64,000 bases of DNA from a virus (IMGVR_UViG_3300045020_000158:1-64000); one strand, 5' to 3'. Positions 49,192-60,036 are shown, numbered from the stretch's first letter. Program-made: numbers and translations. The notes: generated by a model not told the origin, from the letters alone.

Positions 49192-50193
49192 CTACACCTT
49201 CCGCACAATGCACGTCAAATACGGCGTATTTTGCGGCGATGCAGCGGCCTTGAATGCGTCGTCGTCCATCAGAGCAATGTAGCTCAAGATATGGTGACTG
49301 CACCCCAGATTGACTTCAATCTGGAGTTCATCATTCGCCGGTCCGAGGTCAACCGTATTGGGCAGATGCTCATATCCCAGTGAAATGGGAACCTTTGGCA
49401 CGATATCGGATGGATTTTTCACGTGCCAGTGATCGGGAATCGCGGCTGCGACCGCGCCGACGAATTCAGCATTGCCGGGATGCGGGCTTGCCCAGATGCG
49501 CAGCGAAACCTGGCCTAGAAGCGCATTCGCCAGGTCGTAAGCGACCATGGTGGCCAACGCCGACCCTAGCGAGTGCCCACAGACCACCGCCGTCCCGGAA
49601 CCGATCAAAGTCTTCAGAGAAGCCACGAGCGGTGCGTCCATGCCATTTGGTGCCCGATAGAGCAGGGTTTCGGCGATGCCGGTAAAACCCGCCTCTGTGA
49701 GCCCTGGATAGCGGCTTTTGATGGGGATTCCTTCCAGGTCTTCCCCCCATTCTGCCCAACCCGTTGTGCCGCGGATCACGACCGCGAACTGACCGGCCGT
49801 CGTGCGAGACTCGAGGACGAGCCCGTAGAATACTCGCCGTTCCCCGAGCGCCCATCGACCGAGCGCCCGGAAAATGGCGTCCATGCCAGTGATATAGCCG
49901 CGCAGATTCCAATTGATCAAGATGCGCGGGTCGATCGCCGGCTCGATGGTGCCCGATCCTTGGGCGTCGTACATCTGCTCAGCCGCGAGTACGAGGACTG
50001 CGAGCTGAGCATCCTTGGTGATGGCCGCGGCCTCAGGTGTGAGTCGGGGCGGCAGCCGAAGCCTCGAGCTTCTGTACGCTCGCAATCCATGCGCTGATGC
50101 GGGATTGCACGAGACTCTGTGCTGTCGTGAACTCGGATGCGAGCAATGCTGGCCCCTGGAGCTCAATCGTTCCCAAAAGCACTTGGGCAGCAC
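49192..50193 (-). CDS. lipase class 3 / alpha-beta hydrolase (start uncertain)
   Basis: Nucleophile elbow VVCGHSLGSALATMVAYDL (GHSLG), preceded by FAVVIRGTTGWAEW as in the Lipase_3 family. Possible internal start at MYDAQG (49974). Confidence 0.7.
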   Translation of the reverse strand: MLPKCFWERLSSRGQHCSHPSSRQHRVSCNPASAHGLRAYRSSRLRLPPRLTPEAAAITKDAQLAVLVLAAEQMYDAQGSGTIEPAIDPRILINWNLRGYITGMDAIFRALGRWALGERRVFYGLVLESRTTAGQFAVVIRGTTGWAEWGEDLEGIPIKSRYPGLTEAGFTGIAETLLYRAPNGMDAPLVASLKTLIGSGTAVVCGHSLGSALATMVAYDLANALLGQVSLRIWASPHPGNAEFVGAVAAAIPDHWHVKNPSDIVPKVPISLGYEHLPNTVDLGPANDELQIEVNLGCSHHILSYIALMDDDAFKAAASPQNTPYLTCIVRKV

Positions 50194-50343
50194 CCGGGAA
50201 GGTCAAGGCAACCTTACTGGGATCGGTGCCGAGATTGGTGACGAACGTCTGGAGGGCGGTCAGAACCTGAACGAGTGAAGGCGCGGCCGCGCCTTCAAGG
50301 GTGGTCAGAACAGGATTGGTCATGAACGATACCTTCTGTGGAA

Positions 50344-50637
50344 CTATGGAACTTTTGGGTCGGAGGATTTCTCCGGCGTAATGACAACGCCAGGGCTATC
50401 TGGCCGCTGACGGTTGTAGAGATAAGCGATTTGATCACCGAATTTCGCCAGAAAAACGCCAAGTACGGTATATGCAAGCTTTTCCGTTGTTGGGTCGAGC
50501 TTTGCGTAACCGAGCAGGATGATGACAATGAACCCGATCATCGCAATGAGGGAAAGAAACATCCCCCATACCTGCGCATGGGCTAGCAGCAGATTGTTGA
50601 ACGCACCGCGTTCCATGTCAGACCCCGATGCGGACAA
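50344..50637 (-). CDS. small membrane protein (holin-like candidate)
   Basis: Two TM segments (VWGMFLSLIAMIGFIVIILLGY and LAYTVLGVFLAKF) with a charged C-terminus. Confidence 0.35.
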   Translation of the reverse strand: MSASGSDMERGAFNNLLLAHAQVWGMFLSLIAMIGFIVIILLGYAKLDPTTEKLAYTVLGVFLAKFGDQIAYLYNRQRPDSPGVVITPEKSSDPKVP

Positions 50638-50662
50638 TGCCGCAGAATATGTATATTACTAT

Positions 50663-51007
50663 TCAAGCAACTTTCAACGCCTCTGCAACGGGCGTTTCTG
50701 GCAGCATTGCCATTTGATTGCAAACAAAATTCAGATATTGCTGAGTATTATTCTCAGTCGGGGGCGCGAGAGTTTCAATCATCTGTTGCAGCGTCATGCC
50801 ACGGCTGGCATAAAGCTGCAATTGTCGTTCTGCATCGGCCCAGCCGTCTGCATCGTTGTCGATGATGCCAATATCGTTTGCACCTTCACCAGCATGCGAT
50901 GAATTTGGACTATGTCTCAGATCCAATGGATTGTGATTCCGATTAGGCACTGATCCGGTGACGTAAAAGCCCTCTTCCTGCGCCATGACGCGTGCGAGCT
51001 TACTCAT
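50663..51007 (-). CDS. hypothetical protein
   Basis: 114 aa, acidic; lies between membrane-protein genes in the putative lysis cluster. Confidence 0.3.
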   Translation of the reverse strand: MSKLARVMAQEEGFYVTGSVPNRNHNPLDLRHSPNSSHAGEGANDIGIIDNDADGWADAERQLQLYASRGMTLQQMIETLAPPTENNTQQYLNFVCNQMAMLPETPVAEALKVA

Positions 51008-51243
51008 TTCAACACCTTCGAAAGAACCATCAGAGTTGCCGAGATTGCCCCGATCCCACCCAGCGCCCAGGCCACCGTGCGCTCCAGATACCGGATGCGC
51101 TTCTCGTGATCGGTGCCGATGCGCTCAAGGTCTTTTTTATGGTCTTCGAGCAATCCGGCGACCCTCTCATTGATTACGGGCTGCGCTGCGCCAGAGTCTA
51201 TGAGTCGATGAAGCTGCTCAGTCATGGATGTTCCACTTACCAC
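51004..51243 (-). CDS. small protein with C-terminal TM
   Basis: C-terminal AWALGGIGAISATLMVLS hydrophobic helix; ATGA-coupled. Confidence 0.3.
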   Translation of the reverse strand: MVSGTSMTEQLHRLIDSGAAQPVINERVAGLLEDHKKDLERIGTDHEKRIRYLERTVAWALGGIGAISATLMVLSKVLK

Positions 51244-51491
51244 AGCGCCTCTAGATAATCATACAATTGGGTACGCTGTGCAAGCGTCCATTCCCGATCC
51301 CACAAAATCGTACAGACCGCCATGGCCGTGTTGTTGCCCACGATCCCCTCGACAATGTGATACAGCGTAAATGCTTTACGCAACTGCGCGTCAAATTTCG
51401 GATATTCCGCAGGATCACTGGGAATCCCAGAATATTCCAGCACCGCGTTGCGTTCTACCTGACATGCTAAACCGCCAATGATCCTTCTCCT

Positions 51492-52004
51492 TTACTTTCT
51501 AGGTTGATATTCCAGATTACCCGTCGGCCCTTTGGCCACATCAGCGGGTGTTTTGAAGCCTTCTCTGATCAACAGTGCATCATGATCCTGCAAGAGCACG
51601 TCCCGCACATTCACCTCATGGACCAGGCGCGTGATCTCGCGATTATTCCATTGACGATCGATTTCTGCATCATGCATGCACCACAGCGCCATCACAAAGG
51701 CTGCGACCGCAAGTCCAAAAGCTATCACAGATAATGTGCGTTCTGAAATCTGCACCCTCTGATTGGAGATGTGAGCGCTGTCGCATGCCCTGATGGATTC
51801 GTCTTGACTATCGCGAGAAGAACCGATTCGATTCATGGGATGCCCCGATACCGCGGTTCCACCAGCTTTTCGATCTTGTCTACCTGGGCCTTGAGGTCTG
51901 TCACTTCCTGGCGAAGCGCCGATACCTGCATTGCCTGTACCACATTTCCGATGATTCCCGAAACCGCCAACGTCACCAGACCCGGAATCGCATATTTGTC
52001 CCAT
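51492..52004 (-). CDS. membrane-anchored protein (spanin-like candidate)
   Basis: Single TM VIAFGLAVAAFVMALWCM. C-terminal region rich in Gly, Pro, Arg and Ser. Confidence 0.3.
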   Translation of the reverse strand: MGQICDSGSGDVGGFGNHRKCGTGNAGIGASPGSDRPQGPGRQDRKAGGTAVSGHPMNRIGSSRDSQDESIRACDSAHISNQRVQISERTLSVIAFGLAVAAFVMALWCMHDAEIDRQWNNREITRLVHEVNVRDVLLQDHDALLIREGFKTPADVAKGPTGNLEYQPRK

Positions 52005-52272
52005 TTGCCGCCGCCGCCCTCATGATAATGGCCGGTAAACCGAAATCCACGCTGTTCCCGATCAATCTGCTCAATCTGCCCTTCGAGTTCACGCAACTTG
52101 TATTCGTAGTCGATTTCTTCATGCGTGTCGGGGTGGCGGCGTATCTCCAACTTCCGCACCTCATTGAAATAAATGACAGTGCGATCCCAAAGCTTCTGGA
52201 TTTCGGCCTTGATGATCTGCAGCAGATGCATTTCGCAATCTTCCTGCTGATGCTGTTGTTCAAACAATGCGG

Positions 52273-54231
52273 TCATGCAAGCCGTCCTCCAAAACTCGTT
52301 CGCCACGAGGTGGCTGTGGCACCTGACAGGACAGACACTACCTTGGTTCCTCCGCTCACCTGGATATTCGGATAGGCCGTGTCATTTTTGTTCATGAATG
52401 CCCGCAAGGTCGCTGTCAACATGCCCCCGCTGCCGAAGACGTTGAATGGATTGAGATTGGCCAACTGATAACTCTGTACAGTCGTCACCAGAAAGGCCTG
52501 AGCGTTGGTGTGACTTGAAGTCAATCCACTCAATGTCAGAGTCACAGTGAATTCGTAGATGCCCGTGACAGGAGCCATAAAAACTCCGGTGGCCGCATTC
52601 ACTGCATTGGAAAAATCATGATCTTCGGTCACCGCCGCCGCATTCAGCGCATAGATCGTGCCATCTCCTGTGACACTAGACGCATTCGAGGTGAGCCCAC
52701 ACAGAAAATCAGCATTATCAGCACAGATTAGAGCTCCCAATGGGGCTCTGAGCATGTAACCAGCGGAATCCACGATCCCCGTGCCAAGAAGATCATAAAC
52801 ATATCCGGAATTTGGGTTGATGATCGCAGTTGATGCAGAACTGGCAGGAGCTTCCGAGGCTATAGTTACATGCCCTGCATTGCCATTCATGTTCAACATG
52901 CAGATCGCATAATTGGTATGCAAATGACAACCGATCATCTGCAGATTGAATGAATTGTTGAATACCCCGACGCCTGAAGTGGAATTCTCGAACCAGGTTC
53001 CGCTGAAATACAGATTCTGGATCGGCGTACCCGCCCCGGTTACAAAGTCTGTGCCATTGTCGTGGAAGACTCCTCCAAAAAATTTCCATTCACTGCCGTT
53101 GCCCTCAACCAGCAATCCCACAGTATTGGTAGAGATAGTACACGATCGTACCTGATAGCTCGCTCCATAGCCTCTCAATCCGTTTACGCATCCATAGATA
53201 TAGCAATTCTCAAAGATAGTATCATTGGCAAAAGGATGGGCGGGGCCTAATCGTGCGCCTCCCAGATAGATTCCATCTCCGATACCCGCGTTGATACAAC
53301 GAACTACTGCGCAATTGCGGAATACACTACGCCAACATCCAGAAGAACTGGTGTTAGAATCATTGAATACTTCTATTCCTGTAGTGGCGAGTGAATTGCC
53401 ATCGAAACAGATCGCATCGACCAACGTGTTAGAGAATGAGATGCCGGTAGCAGTATTGTTATTCGAATTTGAGAAGAGTGTTCCGCCAACTGCGCCAGTC
53501 CAGCGGAAGACCGTCCGCGGCAAGCCTAGAGGCGTAATTGATTCATCACTGGAGGCACCATTGATCTTACCTACCAGAGCTTGTCCGGCTGATTGCATGT
53601 ATATCGTGCTACTGATCTTGTATACTGCCTGACCGGGAAATCCATCGTAGACAAAGGGATTCGCGAGCAATGCGGCATTGATCGCTATCGTAGAATCATT
53701 GACACCGGTAGGATCAGCTCCATAGCGCAGGATATTTCCGGGTGCATATCCAAAGTTAGTTGGCGTTATTGAAGCCATTCTCTCAGCGGTTGTCTGCGTG
53801 TAATAGCCAATATTGCCGCTGACGGAATCGAGTACCGGAGCCGCGTTTGGACCTAAATATAGATTCGCCCATGAAAAAGAACTATTGCCCAATGTCCAAG
53901 TATTGGTGGGATTCGGGATCAATGAAGCACTGAAGGGCAATGCACCTAGACCACCTGGAATATTATCCACCGGATACCCAGGCATCGTATTGCCAAACTG
54001 ATCGGTCAGAACGAATTTGTAGGTCAGTGAAGGATTAAGCCAGAGGGCACATGTCCCGAAAGCTGTCAAAATAACCGGGTTTGTATTGGGCATATCACCC
54101 ATGCTATCAACGTAACTTGGAATTTTAGTCGAGGTTCCCGCTGCATATGTGTATAACTTGCCATAAGAAAGCGGCAAGCCATTCGGGTCCCAGGCACGGA
54201 AAATCGGAGATGGCGCGAGTTGTGTTGTCAT
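52273..54231 (-). CDS. tail fiber / tailspike (beta-helix-like)
   Basis: 652 aa. N-terminal about 95 aa are paralogous to the next gene. The C-terminal region is rich in short repeats of G, N, S and T, like right-handed beta-helix tailspikes. Confidence 0.6.
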   Translation of the reverse strand: MTTQLAPSPIFRAWDPNGLPLSYGKLYTYAAGTSTKIPSYVDSMGDMPNTNPVILTAFGTCALWLNPSLTYKFVLTDQFGNTMPGYPVDNIPGGLGALPFSASLIPNPTNTWTLGNSSFSWANLYLGPNAAPVLDSVSGNIGYYTQTTAERMASITPTNFGYAPGNILRYGADPTGVNDSTIAINAALLANPFVYDGFPGQAVYKISSTIYMQSAGQALVGKINGASSDESITPLGLPRTVFRWTGAVGGTLFSNSNNNTATGISFSNTLVDAICFDGNSLATTGIEVFNDSNTSSSGCWRSVFRNCAVVRCINAGIGDGIYLGGARLGPAHPFANDTIFENCYIYGCVNGLRGYGASYQVRSCTISTNTVGLLVEGNGSEWKFFGGVFHDNGTDFVTGAGTPIQNLYFSGTWFENSTSGVGVFNNSFNLQMIGCHLHTNYAICMLNMNGNAGHVTIASEAPASSASTAIINPNSGYVYDLLGTGIVDSAGYMLRAPLGALICADNADFLCGLTSNASSVTGDGTIYALNAAAVTEDHDFSNAVNAATGVFMAPVTGIYEFTVTLTLSGLTSSHTNAQAFLVTTVQSYQLANLNPFNVFGSGGMLTATLRAFMNKNDTAYPNIQVSGGTKVVSVLSGATATSWRTSFGGRLA

Positions 54232-54234
54232 GTG

Positions 54235-56151
54235 TCAACTGTATTGAAACACAACGAATCCCGGACCCTGACCGCCAGAACCGGCCGCAATGCCTTCACC
54301 TCTGCCTCCATTGGCACCTCCATAGTTGATCCCAGATACGCCTACGCCGCCTTGGCCACCCGTGCCGCCTCCTGAAAATGGCAGCCCGGTGTTTCCGGCG
54401 TTTCCAGTGGTATTGATCGTTCCACCCGTTGCGGCGCCTCCTGCGCCTCCTGCACCTGGAGAAGCGGCCGATGTCGCGTTGCTTCCCGCCAAGCCGCCAT
54501 TGGCCGTAAGTGTAGTCAGTGAAAAAGTTCCAGAACTGACCGAACTGGGATTGCCATTCAAACTGAAAACTCCTGCGGCTCCTACAGTATATTGGATCGT
54601 GTTGCCATCTTGACCGGCGACTGACACATTGGTGCGCGTGTAGCCTCCGGAACCGCCGCCACCACCACCCGCGGTATTGCCACCCGTATTGGTAAACTTC
54701 TCCCCTCCTCCCGCGGGTGAGCCTCCTACTTCGATCAGACAATTCGTATAACCCGAAGGAATTGTCTCAAAGGTGGTCGTTGGCGTGGTATAAATCCGTG
54801 TCAGTGTGCCTGTTGCGTTCTTCTGCGCCAGGAGATTGGCCGTCAGATACGAACCGGCCCGCAATGTCGTATTGCTCGCGGTGCTGGTAGCCTGCGCCCA
54901 TTGCAGTCCGAATGTGCCCGCAGTGGTGAGCAGCAGACTTCCCTTGTACACAACCCCGTTGCCGTTGGTTGCGGTCGATACTGAAGAATAGGAAATCGTG
55001 TTGCCGACAAAGGACTCGAGCTTTGGACCATATGCCGCGCTATTGATTGCACCCGTTGCGACTGAAGGTGACATACCGCGCGAATCGACTGCCGTACCCA
55101 TCGATTGAAATTTGAAACCGGCGCCTGCAGTCGCGGAATCCAGCAGCATGAAAAGCTCATATTCATATTGGCCAGTCAGTAGCGTGAGTTGCAGATCCGG
55201 ATCGGCCGTCAGTGTGGAATTGGAGACGATGGCCGTGTCGGTCGCCTTGATCGCGACAGTACCAGCGCTCGCAGCCACGGAAGCGTATTGATAAAACAGG
55301 ACACGCCAATCGCCATTCCCCATGTATTCGGCGATGAAGGCATCATTGGCACTGGTCGTGACGTTGTTGCCGCCTGGGAGAATCAAAGCCGCAGAATACG
55401 TCAGTGTGCAGGTGCCGGTGAAACGGCCGATGTAGATCGGCGCGACGAGCTGCGCAGAAGTGCCGAAGGAGGAAATCGTCGCGTTACCAACAATGCTCAC
55501 GTTGTGGCCGCTGACGCTGCCGAGATCGGCTGTGGCCGCAGCGGTCAGGGGTTGTTCGGTGCCGAATGTTCCAATGTTGACCCCGACACCCGAACCGCCA
55601 TAAAGCTGCCAGATGCCGTTCAGATAAATTGTTGAAACAAATTGGCCGGCGATGATCTGGTTGGCGCCCAGTTCGGTGCCATTTGGATTCAGAATCGGTT
55701 GCGGACCTGCACCATTTGCATTGAGTGTGCTTGGACCGGTATTGCTGTTCGAAGGGACCCAAAAGATGATAGTCCCATCGGTATCTGTTGGAAGTGGAGA
55801 ATCGAATGTTACGATATAGGAATTTACTGAACCTGTATCTATTCCTGCATAAATGCTGAGCAAAGCAGCATCAATGATTTGATCGACGGGATATCCTGGA
55901 AGTTGATTTCCATTTTGGTCGAAAACTGAAAATTTCAACCCGACGTTCGGCGGAATAAAGATAGACGCACTGCCATATGCATCCAAGATGATTGGATTGG
56001 AATTTTCAGTAACGCCACTCGAATCAGTATAGGTTGGCGCAGGAGTTGTTGAACCAGCCTCATACGTATAAACCTTGCCATAACTGAGAAACTGCCCATT
56101 CGGCGCAAAAAATTGCTGGCGTGTGAAGGGCGCCAGATAAGTAGCGGTCAC
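54235..56151 (-). CDS. tail fiber with glycine-rich C-terminus
   Basis: N-terminus (LSYGKVYTYEAGSTTPAPTYTDSSG...LPGYPVDQI) matches the 52273-54231 N-terminus. The C-terminal 150 aa are Gly-rich (GGGGGSGGY...GAGGAGGAATGG...GGGTGGQGG). Confidence 0.6.
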   Translation of the reverse strand: MTATYLAPFTRQQFFAPNGQFLSYGKVYTYEAGSTTPAPTYTDSSGVTENSNPIILDAYGSASIFIPPNVGLKFSVFDQNGNQLPGYPVDQIIDAALLSIYAGIDTGSVNSYIVTFDSPLPTDTDGTIIFWVPSNSNTGPSTLNANGAGPQPILNPNGTELGANQIIAGQFVSTIYLNGIWQLYGGSGVGVNIGTFGTEQPLTAAATADLGSVSGHNVSIVGNATISSFGTSAQLVAPIYIGRFTGTCTLTYSAALILPGGNNVTTSANDAFIAEYMGNGDWRVLFYQYASVAASAGTVAIKATDTAIVSNSTLTADPDLQLTLLTGQYEYELFMLLDSATAGAGFKFQSMGTAVDSRGMSPSVATGAINSAAYGPKLESFVGNTISYSSVSTATNGNGVVYKGSLLLTTAGTFGLQWAQATSTASNTTLRAGSYLTANLLAQKNATGTLTRIYTTPTTTFETIPSGYTNCLIEVGGSPAGGGEKFTNTGGNTAGGGGGGSGGYTRTNVSVAGQDGNTIQYTVGAAGVFSLNGNPSSVSSGTFSLTTLTANGGLAGSNATSAASPGAGGAGGAATGGTINTTGNAGNTGLPFSGGGTGGQGGVGVSGINYGGANGGRGEGIAAGSGGQGPGFVVFQYS

Positions 56152-56458
56152 GTTGCGACTACCTGATTATTGTCGCATTTGCAATTGCCCACAATTGCGT
56201 TATACTGCGCGAACGTTAATTCGGAGAAAATGCGATGTGGCATATCATTGGATGCATCGTTGCGGCGATCGTGATATTCGACGCATGGTTCATATTTTGC
56301 CGTCTCTGGACTACACGCCATCTGACTGAGAGATAACGAGGAAACGATCATGGTTTGGCTTTTCATCTTGGGCATCATTTCGCTTGCCGTATACAACCGG
56401 GGATTCCGCAAAATTCTGCTATGGGGAAGTCCGGTTTGGCTCATCATCGCCCTATCGT

Positions 56459-58513
56459 TCATGGGTTAGGGATTACGCTGGAGAGCGCGGATTGTCCTGA
56501 TGGAACGCCAGCAGGCGTTGGTGCAGTCTGACTGGGTCTCAGTACCTTCAATCCACCATAAGGATCTAAGAATTCCTTAGTGGCTTTCGCGGCGGCACGT
56601 TTATCCAACTGTCCACGAACCCAGGTTCCCAACACAGGAACACCGACTTTAGCGCCCGCGGCATTGACTGCCACTTCGCCACCGGTTTTCGCTGCCTGCG
56701 CCAAAGCGCTGACTGTCGTGTTGGAGTTGTTGACAAAGGCACCCTTCGGCTGAATCTGCTGATAACCCGCGACGCGTCCCAGAGTTTCCAAATGCTCTGT
56801 TGTTTGCGGGTCAAATAAAGATGGCATTTTTGGCGACATTGCATTGAGCTGCTTATTCAATGCTGACTGACTGACATTCCCAGTGGTGCCTAAAGAAGCA
56901 CGCCGAAGCTGATCCAAAGCTGCAACCCCCATGGTCTGGGCCGCGACTGGATTATCTGCAAGATTGGCACGCATTGTCGCTACGCCATCTCGTGTCGCAG
57001 TCGGACCCGTCACATATTTCTGAGTGAAACGATCCGGTGGCGTCAACCCATTGACAGCATCATTGTAAGCAGGATCGGCTTCCAGAGCTTGAAAATGGGC
57101 TCTCGCCAACGCGCGCGCCTGGTCGAATGGCTCTTTGAATTCCCGCGCCCAGGGCAATAAATCAGAATCTTCTACGACACTACGGATCTGATTCGCAGCA
57201 AAGCGCGTGCTCCCATCATTGGATCGGGCCAGTTCTGCCAGTCGAGAACGCAGTCCCTCGAATTGTCCCGCAGTAATGTCTTTCCCGCTGGTAACAATAT
57301 TCTGCAATCGCCGCATGATATCCGGCGGAGCGCTTTCGGTTGCCCATTTATCTTCCAGGCGCGCATTCACGTTATCCAAAAGAGATTGAGCGCTCACGAC
57401 GGGAGTAGTCGAAGGAATGGCATCCCGAGCCGTGCTGTACGCTTGATCGATAGCCGCTCGTGCTACTTTATCTTTCGCCTGATAGGCATCGATCAATGTA
57501 TCGCCATGTTCTACGGGATTCGTCGAAAACACATCCGGGCCGACGCGCTCACGCAAAGCATCGAAATTGTCGATGAGATTCTGATTCTGATCGTTATAGA
57601 GCTGTGCACGCTTTCCATCGGTGCCGCGCAAATTCTGCTCTTCCGAAATCAGACTCGGATCGCCCGAAGATTGTCCTGGAGTCAATCGCGCCTTGACCGG
57701 CAAGCTCTCTGCATCCTGAATGCGTTCGGCCGCAGTCGGATTGATCGCACCGCCAGTCTGCTGGGCCGCCTTTCGGATACCTTCCTGAAATTCTGGACTC
57801 GCGTTCGTGATCGGCGCCGTTTTAGCAGCACCCATAGACTGTTGAGAATTATTCACGCCAGAGGCAGCAGCAGATCCTTCCGCAGCAACAGCTTCCGGAT
57901 CATCCATGCTATTGACGATTCTTCGGCCGATGCCTGCAATATCTGCACCTCGTGCGACAGGCAGCAATTTGATCGCATCCCCAGCTATATCTGCAACTCG
58001 AGGCCCCGCTATGCCAGAAACGGCCTGGTGAAGTTTATCAGCAGCCCAAGTAATCGGGCTCGTCAGTGTTCTCAATCCTTCCAAATAGGGTTGCGCCTCT
58101 GGACCTCCACGGTAATTCAATATCGGATCTTGCGAAATCTGGGTTTCGAGTTGGGCTCGGCTGCCATCGGAATCGGGCAGAATGTCATTGGCAGCATGCG
58201 TCATACCTCGCAGAACACCCGCACCGGTCGCTAATGTGGCTTCACCTAGACCTGTGAACGAACCGCCGCCATTGCCGGTTGAAAATCCTTCGCCCTTGAA
58301 CTGTTTGAAGTTCGCCAATTCAGTGGGCGACGGATCGCGGCCGACACGTTTGCGAAACAAATCGGCGTCGTATACGGTGGAATCGTTGTCGTCTTTATGT
58401 TCGGGTTGGGTTAAATATGCACCAGGATCAAATGCGGGTTCAGCATTCGATTGATTTGTAACAGGCTCATCATTCGTCTGAGTTAGATAAGCTCCGGGAT
58501 CAAAATCCGTCAT
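56459..58513 (-). CDS. large virion-associated protein (unknown function)
   Basis: 684 aa; N-terminal duplicated motif FDPGAYLTQ; position inside the structural block. Confidence 0.45.
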   Translation of the reverse strand: MTDFDPGAYLTQTNDEPVTNQSNAEPAFDPGAYLTQPEHKDDNDSTVYDADLFRKRVGRDPSPTELANFKQFKGEGFSTGNGGGSFTGLGEATLATGAGVLRGMTHAANDILPDSDGSRAQLETQISQDPILNYRGGPEAQPYLEGLRTLTSPITWAADKLHQAVSGIAGPRVADIAGDAIKLLPVARGADIAGIGRRIVNSMDDPEAVAAEGSAAASGVNNSQQSMGAAKTAPITNASPEFQEGIRKAAQQTGGAINPTAAERIQDAESLPVKARLTPGQSSGDPSLISEEQNLRGTDGKRAQLYNDQNQNLIDNFDALRERVGPDVFSTNPVEHGDTLIDAYQAKDKVARAAIDQAYSTARDAIPSTTPVVSAQSLLDNVNARLEDKWATESAPPDIMRRLQNIVTSGKDITAGQFEGLRSRLAELARSNDGSTRFAANQIRSVVEDSDLLPWAREFKEPFDQARALARAHFQALEADPAYNDAVNGLTPPDRFTQKYVTGPTATRDGVATMRANLADNPVAAQTMGVAALDQLRRASLGTTGNVSQSALNKQLNAMSPKMPSLFDPQTTEHLETLGRVAGYQQIQPKGAFVNNSNTTVSALAQAAKTGGEVAVNAAGAKVGVPVLGTWVRGQLDKRAAAKATKEFLDPYGGLKVLRPSQTAPTPAGVPSGQSALSSVIPNP

Positions 58514-60036
58514 TGCCCACGACTCTCGAATTCTTTAATTTTCTGCCAAGTAGGAATCATTTGTTCCTTAGTAAGTCCATGCCTCTTGAGAAACTCATCC
58601 GCTTCCTTCGGATTGCGCGCAAGGCCATACTCATAACCCTCGATCAAATTCGGAATGTTGCGGAAGTCGCTCTCGTTCTTTGCCAATAGGCCCGGGTCCT
58701 GCGTCTTGGATTGCACGCCCGCGTAGGCGGCAAGGGCTTTTTCCGTCGCCAGCGATTGGGTCACGACTCCTTTCAATGCCTTGTTGTCGAGCGACACATT
58801 CGGGCTGCCATTATGAGCCAGTTCACGGGCGGCATCAGTGCCTCCGAGACCCGCCTGGGTAGCTCGAGCCGCCTCGTACCGCGCCAGATTCTTGGCCAGC
58901 GTATTGGCGTCATCCGCGCCCTTGGTATCAATGCCAGCGCTCGACAGAAAGTTCATGATGGCTTTCTTGTTCTCGAAACCCGCCCCGGTATCGGGACCTT
59001 CCGGGTTGTCAAGAATTGCACGTGCTCGGCTCAGAGCATCCTGTGCCTGAGAAGTGTTGTTCGCTGCCGCCTGGGCCTGTGAGACACGCTCGGTGACACC
59101 TTTGGCAAGCCCCTGCTGCGTTTCGACCTGAGCGCGCGTGGGGTTGAGATTCGGCATAGGCTGAGACGTTGGGGGAGGGACCACTGCGGCAGTTGGCGCT
59201 GAAGTACCCTGGGGAGGCAGAGACAGCGCGCCCGTCGCCGGATTGCGATTGCCAATCTGGCCTGTGGGAAGCGCAATGGGCTCTGGGGCTTTCTTAATGG
59301 GCGTCCCAGCGGCCGTGAAACCGCCGCCGGCGGCGGCAGGAGCCTGAACGCCGGGCTGAATGATGCCCCCATTGTCAACCGTTGTCGGCGTCCCATAGGT
59401 CTGCTCACGCTGTTTGGCCGCATCCAGCGCCTGCAGCTGCCAATTGCTCAGCATTTCAGGCAGTTTGGCCGTTTTGCCGCCGGCTACCAGATTCTGCACC
59501 AGTGGCTTATAAACAGACGCCACGCGCTCCGCATCCGGACCGCCGGATTGAGAAAATTCGTCAATCGCATCGAGAACCTTGCCGGCGCCCTGCGCAGTGC
59601 CTTGCTTCACATCCGGATCATTCGAAAGACCGCCGACGTTGTCGTAAAACTGCTGGCGCAAAGTTCCATTCAGCCCAGCCAGCTTCGTTTTCGCGTCCAA
59701 TTGCGCGTTCTTCATGTCAATCAGGCTTTTCGCAATCACGGGATACGCATCCCCAGTTGCCTTCAGTTGCGGATTGGTCAATGCCTGGTCGAGGTCCAGT
59801 GTGCCGTCCTCTCCGACATGCGCACCCACATCGTAATTCTGAAAGAAATTCGCCGCCGCCTGGCGTTGCCGAGCGTCCTGTTGATTCTGTTGCAGCAGAG
59901 CTTGGGCATTCTGCTGGTTGATAGCGCCGGTCTGCAGATTCTGCTGGGCCTGGCGAAATCCAAGAATACTGGAGAGCTGTGAAAGTCCCTGATTGGGATT
60001 GGGTGGCTGAACCATCGCTCCCACAGGTTGAATCAT
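58510..60036 (-). CDS. large structural/internal virion protein
   Basis: 508 aa, Gln/Ala/Pro-rich, coupled to its neighbours. Confidence 0.4.
   Translation of the reverse strand: MIQPVGAMVQPPNPNQGLSQLSSILGFRQAQQNLQTGAINQQNAQALLQQNQQDARQRQAAANFFQNYDVGAHVGEDGTLDLDQALTNPQLKATGDAYPVIAKSLIDMKNAQLDAKTKLAGLNGTLRQQFYDNVGGLSNDPDVKQGTAQGAGKVLDAIDEFSQSGGPDAERVASVYKPLVQNLVAGGKTAKLPEMLSNWQLQALDAAKQREQTYGTPTTVDNGGIIQPGVQAPAAAGGGFTAAGTPIKKAPEPIALPTGQIGNRNPATGALSLPPQGTSAPTAAVVPPPTSQPMPNLNPTRAQVETQQGLAKGVTERVSQAQAAANNTSQAQDALSRARAILDNPEGPDTGAGFENKKAIMNFLSSAGIDTKGADDANTLAKNLARYEAARATQAGLGGTDAARELAHNGSPNVSLDNKALKGVVTQSLATEKALAAYAGVQSKTQDPGLLAKNESDFRNIPNLIEGYEYGLARNPKEADEFLKRHGLTKEQMIPTWQKIKEFESRGQ

Noticed and set aside
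57263-58234. 323-aa plus-strand ORF
   Set aside because: Antisense inside the 684-aa structural gene. Arg/Ser/Ile-rich nonsense-like composition.
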